The notes beneath the pieces are model-generated. The model had not been told where the DNA came from, ran no database searches, and was given only the letters and a program-made list of their open reading frames with translations. 32,000 nucleotides of DNA, taken from NCBI RefSeq assembly GCF_000007145.1, contig NC_003902.1, positions 4,166,497 to 4,198,496 on the forward strand, written 5' to 3'. The position numbers and the translations under genes were made by a program. The DNA is from Xanthomonas campestris pv. campestris str. ATCC 33913 (lineage in GTDB: Bacteria; Pseudomonadota; Gammaproteobacteria; Xanthomonadales; Xanthomonadaceae). Shown here one piece after another: positions 1 through 6,885 of this stretch. The first letter of the stretch is position 1. The number at the start of each line of letters is the position of its first letter.

Positions 1-127
1 CCAACCGCGCGGCCAGGCTGGCATCGGGCGGTGGTGTGCCATTGCGCAGATCCAGCACCACGAAATCGTTGCCGGCGCCATGCATCTTGGTGAAACGCAA
101 GCGCCCGGTGTGGACGTCAGCGCTCAT
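1..127 (-). CDS. dapF: diaminopimelate epimerase, first 42 codons only (gene runs off the left edge)
   Basis: Reverse-strand ATG at 127..125 reads [30 protein letters not shown]. The MHGxGNDF block is the DapF N-terminal signature. It lies directly downstream of a YifL/LptM-like lipoprotein gene, as in E. coli. It is absent from the ORF track because there is no stop in the window. Confidence 0.85.
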
Positions 128-383
128 TGCCGCTGCTGGCGGGCTGATCCGTGGTCGGCGTGGTCGGCGCGGGCTGGGTGGTGCTGTCGGCCGGCACGGG
201 CGCGGGCGTCTGCGATTCGTCCAGCGGTTGCGGTGCATCCGGCGGCTGCAGCACGGGCTGGGCTTCCACCGGCACCGGCTTCTGCGGCATCACCAGCGGG
301 CCCTTGTTGCCGCAGGCGGCGAGCAGGACGAGGGTCGCACCCACCAGTGCGAGACGAACAGACGGTCGGGACATAATGCTCAT
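117..383 (-). CDS. lptM: small lipoprotein, LptM/YifL-like
   Basis: 88-aa ORF. The signal peptide ends in the lipobox LLAAC, followed by GNKGPLVMP (compare E. coli YifL GCGLKGPLYFP), then a Pro/Thr/Gln-rich tail. It overlaps the dapF start by 11 nt. Confidence 0.75.
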
Positions 384-422
384 GCACCGAAGTATAGCCA
401 GAACACCCTGACTGCCGTGCGC

Positions 423-827
423 TCAGTGCGAGGCGGGCGTTTGCAGTGCGCGCGGCGGCGGCTCCGGGCGCAGCCACAGCCAGATGGCCACCACCGCCAT
501 GCTGCCGATCGACAGGCATTTGACCCACAGCACCGGCACGCACCACAGCATGATGGCGGCGCAGATGGTCATGGTCAGGGTCGCCATCCATTTGGCCTTG
601 CGGCTCACCGCGCGATAGGTCTGCCATTCGACGATGGCCGGGCCAAAGCGCGGGTGCGCCATCAGCCAGCGGTGCAGGCGTTCGGAGCCGCGCGAGGCGG
701 CCCAGGCGGAGATCAGCACGAATACGGTAGTGGGCAGGCCGGGGACGAAGATGCCGACAATGCCGGTGGCCAGGCTGGCATAGGCCAGCAGCCACCACGC
801 CCAGCGGAATCGGTTCGGTCGCGTCAT
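423..827 (-). CDS. ybaN: DUF454 inner-membrane protein, YbaN family
   Basis: 134-aa ORF with the motif GIVGIFVPGLPTTVFVLISAW...RWL..HPRFGP, typical of YbaN/DUF454. It has 3-4 hydrophobic helices. Confidence 0.8.
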   Translation of the reverse strand: MTRPNRFRWAWWLLAYASLATGIVGIFVPGLPTTVFVLISAWAASRGSERLHRWLMAHPRFGPAIVEWQTYRAVSRKAKWMATLTMTICAAIMLWCVPVLWVKCLSIGSMAVVAIWLWLRPEPPPRALQTPASH

Positions 828-1300
828 GGGGGAATGATACGGCCAGTGGTGGGGGTTGGTGGGTGGACGGTTTTTTGTTGCAGGGGATGTGGGGTGCGCT
901 TGGGAGCAGCTTGTGTTGGGGTGCGTGCCATGTGTGTGCGCTCAGGCTCGCTTCGATTTTGCGGCGGCGTTCTTTCAGCCGGATGCTTTGCCCGGAGAAC
1001 GCACGAAGGGGTGGGTTGATTGCGGTGCTTGGGCGACGATTGGTTTGTCGCTTATTGCTGGCACGTCTGAAAGCACGGCAGAGCGAGTGCAGGGCTTTCG
1101 CGCCTGCGGCGCGAGTTCCTTTTGTCTTGGCAAAATGAACCAAAACCGCTGTCGCCGACGCGATCCGGTGCGGTGAAGCCGCACCGGTGCCCTGCGCTCC
1201 TCACCACGCGTGGCACGGCGCCCAAACTCGCTGCGCTCAGACAAGGGCGCCTCTTCGGCCCCGCGCAGCTGCGGTGCTCGGCTCGCTTTAAGGCGACGTT

Positions 1301-1465
1301 GGTGGAGCGAGAGCGTCAGCAGAAGCGAGAGCAGGAGCAGGAAGCGAAAAAACAGGAAGGAAAACGCTAGGTGGGACGGCGGGAAGCGAAGCAGGAAGCG
1401 GAAGCCGGAGCAGAGGTGAAAAGGGGGAAGAAGGAGACGGAAGACGGGAATTGGGAATTGGGAGG
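1301..1465 (+). other. strand-asymmetric purine-rich tract in an ORF-free gap
   Basis: Hand count over 1321-1440 gives 101 purines in 120 nt (84%). The degenerate motif GGAAGCG recurs. The tract ends in (GGGAATT)x2.5. Confidence 0.6.
1446..1465 (+). repeat. heptanucleotide micro-repeat GGGAATT GGGAATT GGGAGG
   Basis: Read directly from the sequence. It lies in inverted orientation to the C-rich block at 1557-1590. Confidence 0.7.
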
Positions 1466-1556
1466 CGGCGGCGGCAACACCAGCCTCCCGCATCCACCGT
1501 CCCCTGACATCCAGGCAAATAGCTAATCGCTAAAAGCCCGCGCGATCTGCTCTTAC

Positions 1557-1590
1557 GAATCCCAAATCCCGACTCCCCAATCCCCGCCCC
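1557..1590 (-). other. canonical G-quadruplex motif on the ptrB sense strand, 4 nt after its stop codon
   Basis: The reverse strand reads GGGGCGGGGATTGGGGAGTCGGGATTTGGGATTC. That is five G3-4 runs with loops of 1, 3, 4 and 4 nt. The motif is certain; any function is unknown. Confidence 0.5.
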
Positions 1591-1594
1591 TCAA

Positions 1595-3709
1595 CTATTT
1601 GACGCCCAGCTGGTCCAGCACGAAGGCATACGATTCGGCCAGTTCGCGGTAGCGGCGGAAGCGGCCGGATTTGCCGCCGTGGCCGGCTTCCATGTTGGTG
1701 CGGAAGACGATCGGGTAGGTGCCGGTGTTGTCGTCGCGGAGCTTGGCGACCCACTTGGCCGGTTCCCAGTACTGCACCTGCGAATCCCACAGGCCGGTTC
1801 CGACGAACATCGCCGGGTAGGCCTGCTTGCGCACGTTGTCGTACGGGGAATACGACAGCATGTAGTCGTAGTAATCCTTGGTTTCCGGGTTGCCCCATTC
1901 ATCGTATTCGTTGGTGGTCAGCGGGATGCTGGCATCGAGCATGGTGGTGACCACGTCCACGAACGGCACCTGCGCCACCATCACCCGGTAGTCCTGCGGG
2001 GCCATGTTGGCCACCGCGCCCATCAGCAAGCCGCCGGCGCTGCCGCCGGAAGCCGCAACGCGGTCCTTGGCAGCGTAGCCCTGTGCCACCAGGCCGCGGG
2101 TGATATCGACAAAGTCGTTGAAGGTGTTCTGCTTGTGCAGCAGCTTGCCGTCGTCATACCACTGCCGGCCCATTTCCTGGCCGCCACGGATGTGCGCGAT
2201 GGCGTACACCACGCCGCGATCCAGCAGGCTCACCGCCGGCAGGTTGAACGCCGGGTCCATCGACATGCCGTAGCTGCCGTACGCGTACTGGAACAACGCG
2301 GCAGTGCCGTCTTTCTTGAAGCCTTTCTTGTAGACCAGCGACACCGGCAGCTTGACGCCGTCGCGCGCGGTCACCCAGACGCGTTCGGTCACGTAGTTGC
2401 CGGCGTCGTAACCGATCACCGGCTGCTGCATGAGCAGCTTGCGCTCGCCGGTCTGGGTATTGAGTTCGTAGGTGGTGGCCGGTGTGGTCAGCGAGGTGTA
2501 GGTGTAGCGCAACCACGCGGTGTCCGGCTCGGAGTTGACCGACAACCCCATCGAATACGCCGACTCGTCGGTCTTGACGTACTCGTGGCTGCCATCGCGC
2601 TTGAGCAGGCGGACGCGCTCCAGGCCACCGGACCGTTCTTCGATGGCGGTGAAGCCATCGAACAGTGCGTAGCTTTCGATATACACGTTCGGGTCGTGCG
2701 CCACCCAGTCGGTCCACTGCTTGCGCGTGGTCGCATTGGTGGGCGCGGTGACCAGCTTGAAGTTCTTGGCGCCATCGGCATTGGTGCGGATCACCCAGCG
2801 GCCACCGAAATGCTCCGGGTGGTATTCGACGTCGCGCTCGCGCTTGGCCAGCACGGTGAAGGTCTCGGGTTTGTCGGCCGGCGCGTAGCGGGTTTCCGAG
2901 GACACCGTGCTCTCCACGCCGATGACGATGTACTTGTCGTCGCGGGTGCGGGAGATGCCCATGTAGAAGCTGTCGTCCTTTTCCTCGTAGACCAGCACGT
3001 CGTCCTTGGCCGGCGTGCCGAGCACGTGCTTCTTGACGCGCACGGTCAGCAGCGTTTCCGGGTCGTTTTCCACATAGAACAAGGTCTTGTTGTCGTCGGC
3101 CCACACCACGTTGGCGGAGACGCCTTCCACGGTGTCCGGATAGACCTCGCCGGTCTCCAGGTTCTTGAAACGGATGGTGTACTGCTGGCGGCCCACTGCA
3201 TCGTCGGCCCAGGCCAGGATGCGGTTGTCCTGGCTGACTTCGGCATCGCCAACACTGAAGTAGCCCTTGCCCTCGGCCAGGGTGTTGACGTTGAGCAGGA
3301 TCTCTTCCGGTGCGTCCATGCTGCCCTTGCGGCGCGCCTGGATCGGGTAGTCCTTGCCGGCCTCGTAGCGCGTGTAATACCAGTAGCCACGCTCGCGGTA
3401 CGGCACGCTGGCATCGTCCTGCTTGATGCGCCCGACGATCTCGGTATACAGCGTGTCTTCCAGCGGCTTCAGCGGCGCCATCAAGGCGTCGGCGTAGGTG
3501 TTTTCGGCGTTGAGATACGCCAGCATGGCCTTGTTCTCACGCTTGTCGTCGCGCAGCCAGTAGTAGTCATCGTTACGGGTGGCACCGAACGGGGCCTTGA
3601 CCACGTGCGGATGCTTGGCCACGTCCGGCGGCGTCGGGAGGGCGGCAAGTGCGGAAGGAACAGAGCTGGTCATCAGGCTGGCGATCAACAAGGTCAGGAC
3701 AGGTTTCAT
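1595..3709 (-). CDS. ptrB: S9A serine peptidase, oligopeptidase B (protease II)-like, with signal peptide
   Basis: The 738-aa ORF is trimmed to the Met at 3709 (MKPVLTLLIASLMTSSVPSALAALP, a signal peptide). It carries DDYYWLRDD near the N-terminus, the nucleophile block GGSAGGLLMG, and GHGG near the C-terminus. Confidence 0.85.
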   Translation of the reverse strand: MKPVLTLLIASLMTSSVPSALAALPTPPDVAKHPHVVKAPFGATRNDDYYWLRDDKRENKAMLAYLNAENTYADALMAPLKPLEDTLYTEIVGRIKQDDASVPYRERGYWYYTRYEAGKDYPIQARRKGSMDAPEEILLNVNTLAEGKGYFSVGDAEVSQDNRILAWADDAVGRQQYTIRFKNLETGEVYPDTVEGVSANVVWADDNKTLFYVENDPETLLTVRVKKHVLGTPAKDDVLVYEEKDDSFYMGISRTRDDKYIVIGVESTVSSETRYAPADKPETFTVLAKRERDVEYHPEHFGGRWVIRTNADGAKNFKLVTAPTNATTRKQWTDWVAHDPNVYIESYALFDGFTAIEERSGGLERVRLLKRDGSHEYVKTDESAYSMGLSVNSEPDTAWLRYTYTSLTTPATTYELNTQTGERKLLMQQPVIGYDAGNYVTERVWVTARDGVKLPVSLVYKKGFKKDGTAALFQYAYGSYGMSMDPAFNLPAVSLLDRGVVYAIAHIRGGQEMGRQWYDDGKLLHKQNTFNDFVDITRGLVAQGYAAKDRVAASGGSAGGLLMGAVANMAPQDYRVMVAQVPFVDVVTTMLDASIPLTTNEYDEWGNPETKDYYDYMLSYSPYDNVRKQAYPAMFVGTGLWDSQVQYWEPAKWVAKLRDDNTGTYPIVFRTNMEAGHGGKSGRFRRYRELAESYAFVLDQLGVK

Positions 3710-3818
3710 CAGATTGGGGTCCGTTGGATGAACGCAATGCCATCCCAGCGCGCGAGTGTGGAAGAGGCCGCCGGGGAGCGTCATGTGTCCGAGGTCATGC
3801 TGGTCTATCATCTTCGCA

Positions 3819-5003
3819 ATGGACTCACTGCTTTCGCCCGTGTCCGGCTATAGCCGCCGCAGCCAGGACATCGCGCCCTTCCATGTGATGGCCCTGCTGG
3901 CCCGCGCCAACGCACTGGAACAGGCCGGCCACGATGTCATCCACCTGGAAATCGGCGAGCCGGACTTCACCACCGCTGCGCCCGTGGTGGCCGCCGGCCA
4001 GGCTGCATTGGCCGCAGGCCACACCCGTTACACCGCCGCCCGCGGGCTGCCCGCGTTGCGCGAGGCAATTGCCGGGTTTTACGCGCAGCGTTACGGCTGC
4101 CACATCGATCCCGAGCGCGTGCTGGTCACCCCGGGAGGCTCCGGCGCTTTGCTGCTGGCCAGCAGCCTGTTGGTCGACCCGAGCAAGCATTGGTTGCTCG
4201 CCGACCCGGGGTATCCGTGCAACCGTCACTTCCTGCGCCTGGTCGAAGCTGGCGCGCAGCTGGTACCGGTGGGCCCGGACAGCGACTACCAACTGACCCC
4301 GGCGCTGGTGGATGCCTGCTGGACGGCCGACAGCGTTGGCGCGTTGGTGGCCTCACCGGCCAACCCCACCGGCAGCGTGCTCTCGCGTGCGCAGTTGGCC
4401 GCCTTGTCGCAGGCCTTGCAGGCGCGTGGTGGCCACCTGGTGGTGGATGAGATCTACCACGGCCTGACCTACGGCCTGGACGCGCACAGCGTGCTGGAAG
4501 TGGACGACAGCGCGTTCGTGCTGAACAGTTTTTCCAAATACTTCGGCATGACCGGCTGGCGCCTGGGCTGGCTGATCGCCCCACCCTCTGCGGTGCCCGA
4601 GTTGGAAAAACTCGCGCAGAACCTCTACATCAGCGCCTCGTCCATCGCCCAGCATGCGGCCCTGGCCTGCTTCACGCCCGAGAGCATCGCCATCTTCGAA
4701 GCGCGCCGCGCCGAGTTCCAGCAACGCCGCGATTACCTGTTGCCTGCACTGCGCGCACTGGGCTTCGACATCGCCGTCGAGCCACAAGGCGCGTTCTATC
4801 TGTATGCCGACATCAGCGCATTCTCCAAGGACGCGCAGGCCTTCTGTACGCACTTCCTGGAAACCGAGCATGTTGCCTTCACTCCCGGCATCGACTTCGG
4901 CTTCCACCGCGCCAACCAGCACGTCCGCATCGCCTATACGCAGAGCCTGCCGCGCCTTGAGCAGGCGGTGGAGCGCATTGCGCGTGGGTTACGGCACATC
5001 TGA
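3819..5003 (+). CDS. PLP-dependent class I/II aminotransferase (aspartate/aromatic-like)
   Basis: Starts at the ATG at 3819 (MDSLLSPVSGYSRRSQDI). It carries the GEPDF motif and the PLP-lysine block SFSKYFGMTGWRLGW. The N-terminal register matches AspC-like enzymes. No Shine-Dalgarno sequence is visible. Confidence 0.85.
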   Translation: MDSLLSPVSGYSRRSQDIAPFHVMALLARANALEQAGHDVIHLEIGEPDFTTAAPVVAAGQAALAAGHTRYTAARGLPALREAIAGFYAQRYGCHIDPERVLVTPGGSGALLLASSLLVDPSKHWLLADPGYPCNRHFLRLVEAGAQLVPVGPDSDYQLTPALVDACWTADSVGALVASPANPTGSVLSRAQLAALSQALQARGGHLVVDEIYHGLTYGLDAHSVLEVDDSAFVLNSFSKYFGMTGWRLGWLIAPPSAVPELEKLAQNLYISASSIAQHAALACFTPESIAIFEARRAEFQQRRDYLLPALRALGFDIAVEPQGAFYLYADISAFSKDAQAFCTHFLETEHVAFTPGIDFGFHRANQHVRIAYTQSLPRLEQAVERIARGLRHI

Positions 5004-5056
5004 ACGGAGATACGAGACGGGCTAACGCCACCCCGCTGACAGTGCAGTCTGCGTGC

Positions 5057-6013
5057 CTACTTGACTGGCCTACTCTGGCCCGCGTCATTGTGTGCCGTAG
5101 CCGCCAACTCGATGCGCCCGTCGGACCGTTTGCCGAGCAGCGCCCGCAACTCCAGCCAATTTCCCTCGTGCGGCCAGCCGGAAAAATTGGCAACCATCTT
5201 TCCGTCGTGCATCAGATAGAAGGTCGGTGTACCCCAACTGTTGATCATTGACCAATCCGCCGTGTGGCGTGCCAGTACGATGGATTGATCCGTATGCGTC
5301 TTATTCCAAGCTTCAAGTACCTCATAATCAAGACGCAGCCCAACAGGCGCAAGCCATACAAGGTGGACCCCTTGCAAGAGCGGATGATGCCTCAGATCGT
5401 CCATGGCTCTCACTGAAAATCTGCAATGCGGATGGACGACCACGACCAGTATGTCTCCGCGCAACGGAATCTGGATTTCGCGCAGCCGCCTCTTGCCTTG
5501 ATCAATGGCATAGGCATTGGGCCTAACCGTAGGCCCCGCCCTGACCACATCGGGTACCGGTTCAAATTCAATGCCGGGATGGGCACCTGCCAGTTGGTCT
5601 GCGTCCGCAAAGCGACGAAACTGGACAAGCGTCTGATGATAGCGCTTCAGCACATCAGGCCCGGCAGTGTCGCCAAATGCTTCCATGACTTCGATCATTT
5701 GCTGCAAATAGCGCTCGTCGTCAGTGTAATAGGCAAGGCGCTGGCTTGCCCGCGACAATGTTTCCAAGCCCGCCCTGGGGACGTCGGCAAGGCGTGGAGA
5801 GTCGAGTACCGGCGCAAACGCTGCGTTATAGGCGTCCGCCAAGCGTTGCAGGCGATCCTTGCGTGGCAGGCTCAGGGTCGCCTCGTCCAGCGCCACCAGG
5901 CGATCGTAAGCGTCATTCAACACGTCAACCGAGGGTTGCGCCCACGCCACAGAGCTAATGAGCAGTACTGTCGAGATAAAAAACCAGCGGAACCGACAAT
6001 GGCCAATCGACAT
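5057..6013 (-). CDS. exported hypothetical protein: helical N-domain plus C-terminal thioredoxin fold with a monothiol HCRFS motif
   Basis: The ORF is trimmed to the ATG at 6013, with GGAGAG 8 nt upstream. The signal peptide is MSIGHCRFRWFFISTVLLISSVAWA|QPS. The C-terminal region reads ILVVVVHPHCRFS...WGTPTFYLMHDGKMV, a TlpA/ResA-like strand-motif-helix plus cis-Pro block. GC is only about 45-57%. Confidence 0.7.
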   Translation of the reverse strand: MSIGHCRFRWFFISTVLLISSVAWAQPSVDVLNDAYDRLVALDEATLSLPRKDRLQRLADAYNAAFAPVLDSPRLADVPRAGLETLSRASQRLAYYTDDERYLQQMIEVMEAFGDTAGPDVLKRYHQTLVQFRRFADADQLAGAHPGIEFEPVPDVVRAGPTVRPNAYAIDQGKRRLREIQIPLRGDILVVVVHPHCRFSVRAMDDLRHHPLLQGVHLVWLAPVGLRLDYEVLEAWNKTHTDQSIVLARHTADWSMINSWGTPTFYLMHDGKMVANFSGWPHEGNWLELRALLGKRSDGRIELAATAHNDAGQSRPVK

Positions 6014-6098
6014 GGCACTGCTCTCCAGTGTGTTGGGAATTCGCGAAGCGCCAGACCCCAATTCGATGGGATCTGGCGGAAGCCGGCCTTGGAATTGA

Positions 6099-6626
6099 CT
6101 AGCAATTGGCACCGATGCAAATCTTTCCCATTGACTGACCGCAGGTAGCCTTAGCTACGCATGCATAATCAGGATAATCTGGATCTTTGCTGGCATCCGG
6201 CCTGTATTCACCACTGATTGCATTTACGGGCTCCCGAGAATCGACGGACGACATGATCGCCTTGCTAAACCCATCTGACTGCCTCAACCCGGGAATAAGC
6301 GCGACTGTTGCCTGCTGGCCGAACAGCGATAGAACCTTATATGCCTCAAGCGCATTCAGTTCCATTTCCAAATCTTGATAGGAATAACTTGCCAAGCCGC
6401 TCTCTGAAAAAACAAGACTATTCAGAAATCGCTCTCTATTTGAAGGAGATAAATACTTCAGGGGCGATTGAGCCGGCATAAATTTTAGATATTCCTGCAG
6501 TTCCGCTCGAGAGCGTATTGGAGCGACTTCCTGTTCCAATAGCCTCCGATCCATGGATGTACCTAAAGCGTTGTTAGACAAACTTACATTTTGAGCAATG
6601 ACACCTGAAGCGATGAAAAAAAGCAT
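6099..6626 (-). CDS. hypothetical exported protein with a C-terminal 4-Cys tail (start codon problematic)
   Basis: 175-aa ORF in roughly 38-45% GC DNA. All four Cys fall in the last 20 residues (CVAKATCGQSMGKICIGANC, then stop). The ATG at 6626 has no usable SD spacing and yields a headless signal peptide (MLFFIASGVIAQN). A better start at 6655 is out of frame. Confidence 0.6.
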   Translation of the reverse strand: MLFFIASGVIAQNVSLSNNALGTSMDRRLLEQEVAPIRSRAELQEYLKFMPAQSPLKYLSPSNRERFLNSLVFSESGLASYSYQDLEMELNALEAYKVLSLFGQQATVALIPGLRQSDGFSKAIMSSVDSREPVNAISGEYRPDASKDPDYPDYACVAKATCGQSMGKICIGANC

Positions 6627-6655
6627 GCTCCCACTGCGATATTCAGGATTTTCAT
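6584..6655 (-). other. 23-codon upstream frame carrying the SD and the signal-peptide n-region, offset by -1 from the 175-aa ORF
   Basis: AGGAG, then 5 nt, then the ATG at 6655. It reads MKILNIAVGACFFSSLQVSLLKM followed by a stop. One extra T in the T7 run (A7 on the + strand, 6616-6622) gives MKILNIAVGACFFFIASGVIAQNVS, in frame with the 175-aa ORF. Confidence 0.5.
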
Positions 6656-6666
6656 AATAGCTCCTA

Positions 6667-6885
6667 TCAAGGGATTTTTATTTTGCAGCATTCTCCTCTG
6701 GAGATAGAGGGGAGGTGGACTCGGGACGCCTCACAGCGACGCGCCCCATTATTTTTTACACCCGATGCACAAAGGACGCAATCACCATTGAGTTCGCATA
6801 TTTTTGAATATTTCGATAGTGGTGGAAAGCTAGCCTTATCCCCGCATGGTGGGCATGGACGCCTCAATCCGCTAAACGCTCCCAC
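6667..6885 (-). CDS. doubtful Cys-rich mini-ORF (72 codons, GTG start inside the peptidase 3' end)
   Basis: 8 Cys in 72 residues, including the CPPCG and CVLC knuckles 20 residues apart. There is no SD. The start overlaps the last 22 nt of the upstream gene. Confidence 0.2.
   Translation of the reverse strand: MGAFSGLRRPCPPCGDKASFPPLSKYSKICELNGDCVLCASGVKNNGARRCEASRVHLPSISRGECCKIKIP

Noticed and set aside
975-1493. 172-aa reverse-strand ORF, and the overlapping 327/339-aa frames at 36-1143, considered as possible genes in the ybaN-ptrB gap.
   Set aside because: The sequence is low-complexity (runs of L, F, R and S mirroring the purine-rich tract). There is no SD or start context. The frames overlap the real lptM and ybaN genes in other frames.
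3756-3818. N-terminal extensions offered by the ORF track for several genes: 3756, 3811, 6112, 9808, 11794, 16571, 23317, 26637 and 28384.
   Set aside because: In each case a downstream Met gives a proper signal peptide or the conserved family N-terminus and, usually, an SD. The extensions are Arg/Cys/Trp-rich and overlap neighbouring genes or promoters.
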